This document shows positions 50,838 to 60,518 of a stretch of DNA of 64,000 nt, one piece after another (within the stretch, counting starts at the first letter, position 1; every line of letters begins with the position of its first letter). The position numbers and the translations under genes were made by a program. The DNA is taken from assembly GCA_029565685.1 (NCBI GenBank), contig JAKQNR010000022.1, forward strand, positions 556,035-620,034. Reading direction: 5' to 3'. The stretch comes from a bacterium. GTDB lineage: Bacteria > Zhuqueibacterota > Zhuqueibacteria > Residuimicrobiales > Residuimicrobiaceae. The notes below the pieces were generated by a model that did not search any database, was not told the DNA's origin, and was given only the letters and a program-made list of their open reading frames with translations.

Positions 50838-52328
50838 TTATGGCTTTTTTGCTTCATTGATCGCCCGCGCGCGCAACCTTCCTAGAAAACCCTTAATCTC
50901 TGGATTGAGATCGCTTAACATCTTGATGTAGCTTTGTTCCGCGAAATCGACCTCCACCTGGCGGATGTTGACCGGATCGATTCTTAGGGCCTTTTGGCAT
51001 TCCTCATAAGCAGGATAGGTTATGGCGGTGACGCCAGGGAAAACCCCATTATCGATCAGGGTCTTGGCGAGCAGCAACGCGATATAATAGTTTCCCAGAT
51101 CATTGGGATGAACATGGTCGATGAACAAGGATGGCTCAGGATAGGTTCGCTGCGAATGTTGGACAAAATAGGATTCCACATCCGCCAGCATTACAGAATG
51201 CCGGGAGGCCAGATCGCGGCAGATCATAGGAAAATAAGTGCGTGCGCGGAACGGCAAAAGGTCGTAATCTTTAGCCTGCAGCAACGAAAGGCCGGCGCTT
51301 TCATAATCTTTCTGCCGCACGAACGCCATACCGGCATGATAACTGACGCTGGCGTTGGTGGAATCCAATTGGTAGAGACGCTGCCAAATTTCCAGGGCCT
51401 TTACCATATCGCCCGAATTAAACGCGGTTTTGGCTTGTGCGTCGAGCGAGTCCCAGTTGACGATGGTGCGTTTATCGCCAACAAACTGATTTTTTGAAAT
51501 AAAAGGCGGAAAAGTCCAATTGGAAACCGGAGTGCACAGCATGACCTGAATATCATGTTTGCGTGCCAGCCGGATCAGGTCTTCTAGATTGCGGCGATAA
51601 TTATCGGCTACCACCTGATTCAAAGGATCCTGAAACGCCACCGTATTGCGCTGGCTCCATTGCAGGTCGTTCGCCGTCCGGATGCTGCTGCGGGGGGTGA
51701 TCCAGCGTATCGCTTTCAGCATTCCCTGATAGAGAAAAGTCCGGCGCAGGCCCATAAACAGGGCGTACAAAGTCCGATTCTGATACAGCGCGGTTTTTTC
51801 CTTGGCAATGACAAATTCGTTGGGGCCGAAAAATTCATTATGACCGGAATAGACGATCACCAGATCCGGCTGATGCTTGATCAATGAAGAAAACACGTCC
51901 AAGACGTTCAGGCTGTTGAGGGCGTTGCAGCTGGCGTTGAGCAACTCGATTTCAGGCAGCGACCGGTTATACTGCAAAACTGCACGCAGATAATTCGGGA
52001 AAGAGGTCGGACACTCGAATTGGGGAAAGGTGTTGTAGGGATAGCCCGCCGGGGTGGATTCGCCGACGACAAAAATGCGGAAGCGTCCTCCCTTTTCCGC
52101 ATGAATGGCCCGATTGCTCGCCGAGGTCGGGAATAGGTCTTTTTTTTCAAAGAGAAAAAAATCGTTGAAATAGGATTGATTGAGATAAAAAGTGCCCTTA
52201 TTGCGATCCCGCTTCAACGGCTCAAAACGCTGGGTTGCCCGGTTGGCTAGAGACTCCAGGCCCAACCACAGTGCCAACGGTAGAATGAACAGGATCGAAT
52301 AAAAGAGTATTTTTTTTGATCGCTTCAC
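50838..52328 (-). CDS. Membrane-anchored SGNH/GDSL hydrolase with TPR
   Basis: VVGEST, YSGHNEFFG, DHVHPN. Confidence 0.8.
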   Translation of the reverse strand: MKRSKKILFYSILFILPLALWLGLESLANRATQRFEPLKRDRNKGTFYLNQSYFNDFFLFEKKDLFPTSASNRAIHAEKGGRFRIFVVGESTPAGYPYNTFPQFECPTSFPNYLRAVLQYNRSLPEIELLNASCNALNSLNVLDVFSSLIKHQPDLVIVYSGHNEFFGPNEFVIAKEKTALYQNRTLYALFMGLRRTFLYQGMLKAIRWITPRSSIRTANDLQWSQRNTVAFQDPLNQVVADNYRRNLEDLIRLARKHDIQVMLCTPVSNWTFPPFISKNQFVGDKRTIVNWDSLDAQAKTAFNSGDMVKALEIWQRLYQLDSTNASVSYHAGMAFVRQKDYESAGLSLLQAKDYDLLPFRARTYFPMICRDLASRHSVMLADVESYFVQHSQRTYPEPSLFIDHVHPNDLGNYYIALLLAKTLIDNGVFPGVTAITYPAYEECQKALRIDPVNIRQVEVDFAEQSYIKMLSDLNPEIKGFLGRLRARAINEAKKP

Positions 52329-53320
52329 GAATTGGCCGCAGACGATGAGGTGACGGGTTCAAAAACTTTTAAATGTTCCAGGGGATGCGAGACCATCAGG
52401 TAAAAGCGGTCGCCCGCGACGACGAATTTATGATACCAGGGCGCCCAGGGCTCGGCATCGATGCCGATGGTGACGGCCTGAGGAAGTACAAAGGACTTGA
52501 TCCGGTTGAATTTGAAATCATACTGGTCTATGGTTTGGCAAAAAATCGTTTCGTTGGTGAGCTCCGGATTGACTCGCAGAATAAAGATCCCCTGCTCATT
52601 CACATACATGTCTTCCATATGGAAAACAAAGGTCGTGGTCTCTGAATTGCGTATCGGCTCCAGTTTCTTTTTCAACAGCAGCTTTCCAGAGCGATCATAA
52701 AGAAATGCAGAGTCTAAAAGTGTTGGAACATAGGCGATATCGCCCGTGGGCGTGAAGGCGGCAAAAGCGAAATCCACACCGGCTAACTGGTAAAAAGCGC
52801 TGCGCGGCGAACGAAAGGTGTTCAGGAGCGCGCCGGAATCATCGTAGATTTCCAGGCAATAGCCGAATTGGGCTTTATCGCCCATACGGTTGACGAGGAT
52901 CAGCCCATCCGGAGATACCGTGACAGCGCCGCGTCCACCGATAGGGATGCTTTTGCGGAATTGTCCGTCCAGCGAGTAAAACTGCAACGAACCGAGATTG
53001 TGCAGGATCAGGGTGGTGTCGATAATTTGCACAGTGGATGGACGGTTGACATAACCATCCCCCGAGCCATAGGCGATCAGCTCTTTGATAAAAGCTCCGG
53101 TGGCGTCGAATTTGCTCACAGTGGATTTGTCCACATCGAGAATGTAGAAATTTCCGGTCCGGTCCATGGCCAGGTGTTTGACTCTGCTGAAAAATTCCTC
53201 CGTAGCGGCGGCTGGTATTTGCAGATGAAAATCGGTTTGATTTAATGGGATGCTCGGCGTTTTGCCGCATGAAGCGAATAAAGCCGCGAAGAGGATGAGG
53301 AGCGGTATTTTTTTCAACAT
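52325..53320 (-). CDS. 6-bladed beta-propeller (NHL-like) lipoprotein
   Basis: Lipobox FASC; DRTGNFYILD...KFDATG.F...GSGDG. Confidence 0.75.
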   Translation of the reverse strand: MLKKIPLLILFAALFASCGKTPSIPLNQTDFHLQIPAAATEEFFSRVKHLAMDRTGNFYILDVDKSTVSKFDATGAFIKELIAYGSGDGYVNRPSTVQIIDTTLILHNLGSLQFYSLDGQFRKSIPIGGRGAVTVSPDGLILVNRMGDKAQFGYCLEIYDDSGALLNTFRSPRSAFYQLAGVDFAFAAFTPTGDIAYVPTLLDSAFLYDRSGKLLLKKKLEPIRNSETTTFVFHMEDMYVNEQGIFILRVNPELTNETIFCQTIDQYDFKFNRIKSFVLPQAVTIGIDAEPWAPWYHKFVVAGDRFYLMVSHPLEHLKVFEPVTSSSAANS

Positions 53321-53346
53321 AAGGCCTATCTCATCAATACGGGTAT

Positions 53347-53391
53347 AAAAAACGGGAGATTCGCAAGCGAAGATCGGTTGCGAATCCCCCG
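53347..53391 (-). terminator. Terminator after the PorV-like gene
   Basis: CGGGGGATTCGCAA/TTGCGAATCTCCCG plus T6; preceded on the mRNA by a second hairpin at 53403-53436. Confidence 0.75.
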
Positions 53392-53444
53392 CCGTTTATA
53401 TAGGCTTCTGCGAGCAATGAAATCCTCGCAGAAGCCATTATACC

Positions 53445-54497
53445 TTAGAACTTGAACGAAACCGACAGACGATTCACATCATCCATCAGGTCGAATTGCG
53501 ACCAGCTGTAATCGACGACCAGATCGTGGCCGCTGTAAGGCAGCACGATGCCGGCGCCCAGAGACAGGCCTTCGTCGGTGCGAGCATAGGTCTTTTGATC
53601 GTACCAGTGATCGCGAGTGACTTTTTCAACAATCTGGTAAGAGGAGCGGGGACCAAACTCGTCCTTCATGCCCATATAGTTGAATTTGTAGCCGGCGCGA
53701 AAACTGATGTTTTTCAGCAAGGTGGCTTCTAGACCGCCAAGAATCATCTGATCGGCGTCCAACGGTTTGGTGGCGTCCACATAACCTTTGAACGAGAAAT
53801 CGTCGGATTGGATCATGCTCATGGAAACACCAAAGCTGAACACCATCGGCAGGCTGAACGGCACGTAATAGTACTCGAGATCGCCGCCCAGATTCTGGAT
53901 GCGGGCGCCGATGGCCAGATCGCGGTAGCCGAGCATATAGATGGCGCCGAAATCGAAAGCCAAAGTTCCAACGGTTTCCACATCGATTTTCTCGCTGTAG
54001 TACTTAACCGTGGCGCCCATCGACAGTTTGTCGGTGAATTGTCTGGCATAGCTCAAGCCGATGACGGCGGAATTGTAATCGAACATGGCTGCGTCCGAAT
54101 ATTCCACTCCTTCCAGACCAGGCTGAACGTCGCGGTTGGCTTCGATATCATTGATGCCGGACATCAAGCCGCCCAGGGCCAGAGTTCCCCAGCTGCCAAA
54201 AGAGTGCGACACCGCAAACGCGTTGTGGTTGATGTCCGCAATCCATTTGTTGTAGGAAAAAGTAACCTGGGTTTCTCCTTCCGGCATAGAGATGCCGGCT
54301 GGGTTCCAAAATAACTGATTGACGTCGTTGGTCACAGTCGTGATGGCCGAACCGATACCGACCGCTTTGGCGCCGACGCCTACTTTCAGAATCGACGCGC
54401 CCGAGATTCCCGTTTTTTTCATAGTCTGCGGGAAGGCGGCAACGGCAAGCACCAGCAGAAAGACGACCAACAGCGTGGAGATTGATTTATGTCTCAT
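53445..54497 (-). CDS. PorV/PorQ-family outer-membrane protein
   Basis: LKVGVGAKAVGIG...FWNPAG, AFDFGAIY, IQNLG, terminal Phe. Confidence 0.85.
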   Translation of the reverse strand: MRHKSISTLLVVFLLVLAVAAFPQTMKKTGISGASILKVGVGAKAVGIGSAITTVTNDVNQLFWNPAGISMPEGETQVTFSYNKWIADINHNAFAVSHSFGSWGTLALGGLMSGINDIEANRDVQPGLEGVEYSDAAMFDYNSAVIGLSYARQFTDKLSMGATVKYYSEKIDVETVGTLAFDFGAIYMLGYRDLAIGARIQNLGGDLEYYYVPFSLPMVFSFGVSMSMIQSDDFSFKGYVDATKPLDADQMILGGLEATLLKNISFRAGYKFNYMGMKDEFGPRSSYQIVEKVTRDHWYDQKTYARTDEGLSLGAGIVLPYSGHDLVVDYSWSQFDLMDDVNRLSVSFKF

Positions 54498-54538
54498 AGA
54501 GCATCTTCTCCTTCAAATAATAGGCTGTTTCATTAGAC

Positions 54539-57052
54539 TTAGCGTTGAATGGCCAAATAGCCCTTTTGTTGGCCGCCGGGATACTCCGCTAGCCAAATGT
54601 ACAAACCGCTGGCAACTTCGGGACCGTCTTTGGTGAACATATCCCAGAACAGAGCGCCGTTGGTCGGGTCTGTACCTTCGTACTCGAGCACTTGCATAAT
54701 CTGGCCGGACAGATCCAGAATGGTAATACGGGTGTCGGAGGTCAGGTTGTAGAACTGGATTTTGTGCTCAAGGCCGACATCATGAGGAGCCTGCACTTTG
54801 TAAGGATTCGGTTTGACCATGATTTTCTTTTCGCCCTTGACCAATGTGGAAGCAGCGACGCGGGGCGGCTGCAGCACAAAGTTGGCGCCAAGGTATTTCT
54901 TGCCAGCCAGATCGGTCGTGGGATACTGGGCGGCGCCGGAGGCGAAATGATAGGTGCCGTACCAACGGCCGTCACGGCCGTTCCAGTTGTCTTTGTGCGT
55001 TTCCAGGCTGGTGAAGGGTACGCCGGCCACCGTGCCGGATTCATTGTCAAAAGCCGCTACATAGTACCAATAGGTATAGCCGGTTTTAACCTGCTCATCC
55101 ATATCTACGAACTGATAAGGATAAGTGGCCTTTTCGCTGCCGGTATTCTGATATTCCGCCTTGGCCAAATCCGCCTTAGGAATATAGGCGATGATCTTCC
55201 ACGGCCCGGAGGGATTGGCATCCCAGTCGATGCGGAAGCTGGCCGGGCGGCTGTAGTTGGGGTTAATGGGTTTGCTGTATCGGGATTCCAACTGATCATC
55301 GGTGGCGCCGATGTCGGCAGCGGTCTGATGATGATAGTTATCCAGATAGCGGATGCCGAACTTTTCGTAATTGACTTTCGGATAAGCCGTGGTGCGATAG
55401 ATCTTGTAGCCGGCGAAATCCGGCGCCGTTTCGGCAACCTTGTTCCAAATGACCTGAGTCTTATAACCGCCTTGAGCTTCCACCGCGTTCAGCTTCATAT
55501 CCGGCATCGGTGGAGGCACCGGCAGATTCCAGCCGTTTGCATAAGCGTAACGGGCGGTTTTCAGCGATTGACGCATACCGGCCAGACGATAACCGGCGTA
55601 TTCAACCCAGACAATGGTCATGGTTTCGCCGACCTTCAACGCAAAGGGGCCGACGCCGTTGTTGCAGTTGCCGTCAAAGTTGTAATAGGTCGGCGGCATA
55701 CCGCCGTCGGTCCAGGTGTCTGCATCCGGGATTGGCGGGTTGGTTTTGCCAGGAAAGTTCTTCTCCCAGTTCTGCAGCCACTTGCGGGTGTATTTCATAT
55801 CGCCCATGGGCTGACCGCGTTCCGCCTCGGGTTTCACAATGCTGACGAAAGAGAGCGGATCGCCGGGGGTGTAGGGTTTGGTAACGTCGAAATAATTGGG
55901 ATCAGGTTTCACTTCACTCAAGGCTGAAACCTGCCAGCTTTTTCCGCCGTCTTCATACCAGGTGCCGGAGGCCAACAGGAACGCCAGATAGGGTTTGCTG
56001 CACCCGCCGCTGGGGAACTCGCGAGTGACCGAGGTGTACCAGCCGCGCTGAGCGCCCTCACCGATGGGGTGGCTGTCGAAGATGGTCTTTTTATCCGGCG
56101 CCGCAATGCCCAGATCCATGGGCCCTTGCTTGACCGCCAGATAGCTGGAACCGTCCCACAGATCACGGTTCACGCCGCGTCCGTCGCGATAACCGATTTT
56201 GCGTTCGCCGTCCGGCGCCCACAGATCAGCGCCGACGAGCGACTGAGTAACATTGGTATCGAATTCAAAGGTGGCATCCCAGGGATTGCCATCCGGATCC
56301 GGGCTGGCGTCATAGCCGGACATTCTTGAAGTCGCCCAGGATTGATTCCACCGGTTGCCGGCGGTGTTGTTGAACATGGAGCCGATGATCTCTTTGCTTT
56401 CAATCACCGTAAGAGCTTCGATGTCATGATTGGTGCGTTCATAGACGCCGTCGCCGTTGGTGTCCTGGTTGCCGGTGTTGGTCAGCTGCAGTTCCATGGC
56501 AATCCAGTCGTTCATGTTGGCTTCATTGCAGTTGAAAGCACGCACGCGCATCTTGACGTCCACGCCGATGTTGGTCGGGAAAGCGCACTCGTAGACCATC
56601 TGATTGCGATCTGTGGCGCTCTTCCAGGGAACGCCGCCCTTGGCATCGGCGTTGGTGGACACGCCGCCCAGGACCGTGAGCCACGAAGCGTTGATGAACT
56701 GCTTCGCGCGCGGATCGGTATCCGTGGTGAAATTGTTGAAATTAGGGATTTTGCTGTATTCGGTCATGACGAAATTATGACCCCAGGGAATGTTGACTTC
56801 GGAACCGCTGGGATACATTTTGGTCGGCGTTGTCCATTGACGTTCCAAGCAACCCAATTTCATCAAATTGGTGTTTTTTGAAGGATCCGTATTAGACTCG
56901 CCGGAGTATTTAAAGACCGCGGTGGGGGCAAAGCTGTCCCAGAGGTCGCCACAGGTCATTACACCGACCCCAGGATACTCTGCGGCAAAAACCGACCCGG
57001 CTAATACCCATGTAAAGATTAGAAAGCCAAGGAATCGTTTTGTCTTGTTCAT
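54539..57052 (-). CDS. Large secreted protein with T9SS-like CTD
   Basis: Signal peptide; GPF.L..GE, FAGYKIYR, YWYYVAAFD; CTD PNPY...IQFYNL...VASGLY...LAIQR. Confidence 0.8.
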   Translation of the reverse strand: MNKTKRFLGFLIFTWVLAGSVFAAEYPGVGVMTCGDLWDSFAPTAVFKYSGESNTDPSKNTNLMKLGCLERQWTTPTKMYPSGSEVNIPWGHNFVMTEYSKIPNFNNFTTDTDPRAKQFINASWLTVLGGVSTNADAKGGVPWKSATDRNQMVYECAFPTNIGVDVKMRVRAFNCNEANMNDWIAMELQLTNTGNQDTNGDGVYERTNHDIEALTVIESKEIIGSMFNNTAGNRWNQSWATSRMSGYDASPDPDGNPWDATFEFDTNVTQSLVGADLWAPDGERKIGYRDGRGVNRDLWDGSSYLAVKQGPMDLGIAAPDKKTIFDSHPIGEGAQRGWYTSVTREFPSGGCSKPYLAFLLASGTWYEDGGKSWQVSALSEVKPDPNYFDVTKPYTPGDPLSFVSIVKPEAERGQPMGDMKYTRKWLQNWEKNFPGKTNPPIPDADTWTDGGMPPTYYNFDGNCNNGVGPFALKVGETMTIVWVEYAGYRLAGMRQSLKTARYAYANGWNLPVPPPMPDMKLNAVEAQGGYKTQVIWNKVAETAPDFAGYKIYRTTAYPKVNYEKFGIRYLDNYHHQTAADIGATDDQLESRYSKPINPNYSRPASFRIDWDANPSGPWKIIAYIPKADLAKAEYQNTGSEKATYPYQFVDMDEQVKTGYTYWYYVAAFDNESGTVAGVPFTSLETHKDNWNGRDGRWYGTYHFASGAAQYPTTDLAGKKYLGANFVLQPPRVAASTLVKGEKKIMVKPNPYKVQAPHDVGLEHKIQFYNLTSDTRITILDLSGQIMQVLEYEGTDPTNGALFWDMFTKDGPEVASGLYIWLAEYPGGQQKGYLAIQR

Positions 57053-57098
57053 CCTATTTCTCCTCTTATTGGCAATTTTTTAATTAGCCTGTTGCCGG

Positions 57099-60059
57099 TT
57101 AAAACTGGAACTCGAAACCTGCGTACAGTTCGCGCGCGATGCCGAGGTACGGGTTGCCGTACTGATCCACAGCACGATAGTAGGGACCGTAAGGATCTCC
57201 GCCCAATTCGTACCGGGTGTCATAGTTGGTGGCATCGAAATTGAGGATGTTTTCGCGATCGAGAACGTTCAAGGCCTCGGCAAAGATACCGACCTTGGTG
57301 CCGCCGATCTTGAAATACTTGGTCAAACGCAGATCAGCCTGCAGGAAATAATCGCCGTTGAGTTTCTCTTCGTACCGCTGGTTGGTGATGCCCACGGTTT
57401 TGTTGAAGCGCCATGGGCTCTTGTAGGTGGTCATGGAAGAGAGCCTGAGGTCCAGCGGCAGATCGAACAGCAACGTCAATTTGCCCTTCCAGTCGTTGTA
57501 GCCGCGGGCGTAGCTGGGCCAAATATAAGCGAGGTCCCAGTCGTAGGCATCATCCTGGGTGTTGTAGTACAGGGTGTTGCGAGCGTTTTTATTATCGGGC
57601 GCCAGGCTCAGCGCAGCAGTGGATCCCTTATCATAGGCATAGGAAACACTCAGGTTGCCGGAAACGCCCAGGAAGCCAAAATACTTTTCGGCGGACGGAC
57701 GTTTCCACAGGTTCAACTCGATGCCGCGGCTGTCGCGATAACCCCAGGCTTTGTAATAGGTCGAGCTGCTGAAAGCGATCTTGTTGACATTCAGCGTATA
57801 GCCGGCAGTGCCGGAATTCCTCGTATCACGATAGTAAGCGGTGATGTCGAAATTCCAGTCTTTGGCAAAAGATACGTTCATGCCGATTTCGTAAGCGGTC
57901 GCGGTTTCCGGATCCGGATCATACAGATACCATTCCGGAAGCGACGGGTTGCTAAAGTACCCGTAATTTTTCAGCGTAGTGCCAAGGTAGGGGCGGGTGG
58001 TGTAGATGCCCCAGCTGTAGTGCATGGCGGCGTTTTCGGTGATGGGATGAGAGATGCCCAAACGGGGGCTGAAATAGATGCGGGTTTCCGCATCCACCTC
58101 TTTTTTCATGCCCAACACCACCTGGCTGTTGGCCAGCGTATCAATCACAACCGGATCCAGTGCATTTTTGGGCATCTGGGTGTCCATGTTGTAGGCATCG
58201 ATACGCATACCGGCGTTGACGATGATGCCCTGGTATTCGATGCGATCCTGAATGTAACCGCCTGCATTCCACGGATTGAGTTTGTAGATAACCGTCTCAT
58301 AGGGGAAGAATTTGTCGTAACCAGTCACCGACGAGGCCAGTTCGTACCAATCAATGGTGTTGTAATCGTACTGCACGCCGGCTTTAAGCTGGTGATTGAA
58401 ATTGATCTGTTTGGTGAAGTTGCTCTGGAACGTAGCCGTGTTCGATTTGACGTCTTCATAGAGATAGCCCGGCAGACCGACGCGGATCTGGTTGCCCCAG
58501 TCATCGATCTGATAATTCTGATCGTTGCCAGGGGTTACGTTGAAAATACGGGTGGTGGTGTTGACAAAGTACTTATCGACCAGCTCTTTGGTGTCAAGGA
58601 TCATCCAGTCGCCGTAGTTGTTATACTGCAGCTTGCCATCCACCGGGCAATAGCCGTAGGTGCGATGGTTGTTGACGTAGCTGACCGTAGTCTCCAAAAA
58701 GGTGGAAGCGTTGAAGAATTTATTCCAGCGCAGATAACCCATGGCGCCTAGGCGATCGTTGACCGGCTGACCTTCCAGGAAGAACTGGTACATGTAGGTG
58801 TACTGACGGTTTTTCCAACCGAACAGCTTGCCGCCGTCATCCAGTTTGCCCATCAGGGTGAGCTTGTTGGTCGGGGTCAGGTCATAGTTCAATTTAAGCG
58901 AGGTGCCGACATTGCGCTGAAATTCTCCGGGGAAACGGCCGTGATCGTTAAGCAGATTGCCGGTCAAGAAAAAATTGCCCTTGGAGGTCAACGGACCGCC
59001 GAAGAACATTTCCGCATTGATGCGCGGATCGTCGCCGTATTCGTACTTGTCCGGAGTCCAGTCAAAGTACGCGGCCTTGGCCTGATCCTTGGCGCTGGTG
59101 GAGTTCAACAGCTTTTGTTTGTAATCGTTGTACACTGTCGCGGCGGAACGACCGCCCATACGGGAATCCGGAGGAACTCCGTCATAGACGTTCGGGCCGG
59201 CATGATCCAATCCACCCATGCTGGAACGGACGAACACTTTGCCTGAATATTTATCGCCGCCGCTGCGGGAGGCCAGGTTGACGATACCGCCGGAGGCGGA
59301 ATATTCGGCGTTCAGCGTGCCGGCGATGACGTTGACTTCCTGAACCTGGCTTTGGGCTACATTCACCGAAGTCTGCACCATGCTGGCGGTACGGCCGCTC
59401 TGGTTTTCAGAGGTTTCCCATTCGCCGGTGGTGCTCATACCGCTGTTGTCGGTGTGACGCACATTGGTGTACGCGGTGCTTCTCATACCAACCGCGAACA
59501 TCGGATCCGTGACGTTGACGCCGTCCACCAGGTAGCCGACGCCGACTTTATTGGCGCCGCGCATGGCCTGGGTGGTCACCGAGCTCTGCAGCACTTCGTT
59601 GAGACTGGCGACAGGCAGGGTGTTGTCAATGATTTCATCGGAAAAGGTCACTTTGGTGGCCGTCATGGTTTTATCAATGGGGGGGCGTACAGCCACAACG
59701 GTCATGGTTTCGCCCGCGATCACCGTCTGTTTCAGTTTGGCGGATAGTTCCGTGGTGCGGTCCAAGTTGACTACCACACCCTGCACATCCTGACCAGTGT
59801 AGCCCATGAAGGAAAACTTGACCGTGTAGGTGCCCGGAGGAACGTTCAGGATAAAGTATTGACCCTGAATGTTAGTCACCGCGCCCATTTGGGTTCCGGC
59901 AATCTGCACGTTCACGCCGGGAAGGGGTTCGCCGGTAGCGGCATCCGTCACCGTTCCCGAAACTTTGCCCAAAGCGGCAAAAGCCGGAGATCCAAATAAA
60001 ACGACGCACAGCAGACTTGCAACGAATGTCACAAGCAGCTTTTTCGAGATTTTCCTCAT
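57099..60059 (-). CDS. TonB-dependent receptor with carboxypeptidase-regulatory-like domain
   Basis: GTVTDAATGEPLPGVNV, GTLNAEY..SGGIVN, SPRLGISHPIT, PETATAYEIG, terminal Phe; GGAGG RBS before ATG 60059. Confidence 0.9.
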   Translation of the reverse strand: MRKISKKLLVTFVASLLCVVLFGSPAFAALGKVSGTVTDAATGEPLPGVNVQIAGTQMGAVTNIQGQYFILNVPPGTYTVKFSFMGYTGQDVQGVVVNLDRTTELSAKLKQTVIAGETMTVVAVRPPIDKTMTATKVTFSDEIIDNTLPVASLNEVLQSSVTTQAMRGANKVGVGYLVDGVNVTDPMFAVGMRSTAYTNVRHTDNSGMSTTGEWETSENQSGRTASMVQTSVNVAQSQVQEVNVIAGTLNAEYSASGGIVNLASRSGGDKYSGKVFVRSSMGGLDHAGPNVYDGVPPDSRMGGRSAATVYNDYKQKLLNSTSAKDQAKAAYFDWTPDKYEYGDDPRINAEMFFGGPLTSKGNFFLTGNLLNDHGRFPGEFQRNVGTSLKLNYDLTPTNKLTLMGKLDDGGKLFGWKNRQYTYMYQFFLEGQPVNDRLGAMGYLRWNKFFNASTFLETTVSYVNNHRTYGYCPVDGKLQYNNYGDWMILDTKELVDKYFVNTTTRIFNVTPGNDQNYQIDDWGNQIRVGLPGYLYEDVKSNTATFQSNFTKQINFNHQLKAGVQYDYNTIDWYELASSVTGYDKFFPYETVIYKLNPWNAGGYIQDRIEYQGIIVNAGMRIDAYNMDTQMPKNALDPVVIDTLANSQVVLGMKKEVDAETRIYFSPRLGISHPITENAAMHYSWGIYTTRPYLGTTLKNYGYFSNPSLPEWYLYDPDPETATAYEIGMNVSFAKDWNFDITAYYRDTRNSGTAGYTLNVNKIAFSSSTYYKAWGYRDSRGIELNLWKRPSAEKYFGFLGVSGNLSVSYAYDKGSTAALSLAPDNKNARNTLYYNTQDDAYDWDLAYIWPSYARGYNDWKGKLTLLFDLPLDLRLSSMTTYKSPWRFNKTVGITNQRYEEKLNGDYFLQADLRLTKYFKIGGTKVGIFAEALNVLDRENILNFDATNYDTRYELGGDPYGPYYRAVDQYGNPYLGIARELYAGFEFQF

Positions 60060-60269
60060 ACTTTGAGTCCTCCAAATTTTTTGTTTTTGACTCGTTGGTA
60101 CTCTGTTTGAAAGAGTCACGTCCTGTACCGATTCGCCTGGTTGCCGGGCGCTGTGCGTCCCGGTAGTTCCAGCTCACTCTTTCTGCCTGTTGTACTCTCC
60201 TTTTCCTTCTCCTCCTTATGGTTTAGCTGATTAAGTTGATTAAATGAGTCTATTAACAGATATATGGCT

Positions 60270-60316
60270 AAAAAAATAAAAAGGCGAATGAGAGAAAAGT
60301 GTGCTCTCATCCGCCT
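60270..60316 (-). terminator. Strong intrinsic terminator upstream of the TBDR gene
   Basis: 13-bp stem AGGCGGAUGAGAG/CUCUCAUUCGCCU plus long U-run. Confidence 0.8.
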
Positions 60317-60378
60317 GGGATCAATTGCCCGTTTTGAATATAAATTTCGTATGGCCAGCGTCTCATGGTACTTCTCAT
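60307..60378 (-). CDS. Candidate 23-aa leader peptide MRSTMRRWPYEIYIQNGQLIPGG
   Basis: ORF lies between a promoter and the terminator, with its stop in the terminator 5' arm; weak RBS. Confidence 0.35.
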   Translation of the reverse strand: MRSTMRRWPYEIYIQNGQLIPGG

Positions 60379-60429
60379 CTTCTTGGATGATTCCTTGTTG
60401 AAAAGTACGTTTGCTTGAATATTAGATAA

Positions 60430-60458
60430 ATGTTAGGTAATTTATTTTAATAAATCAA
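60430..60458 (-). promoter_or_regulatory. sigma70-like promoter
   Basis: TTGATT-N17-TAACAT, the same hexamers as upstream of ispG. Confidence 0.55.
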
Positions 60459-60518
60459 GACTTTTTTTATTTGCTCACGTGCGCAGAAAAAACGGACGAA
60501 TTTATATCAAATTGTTTT

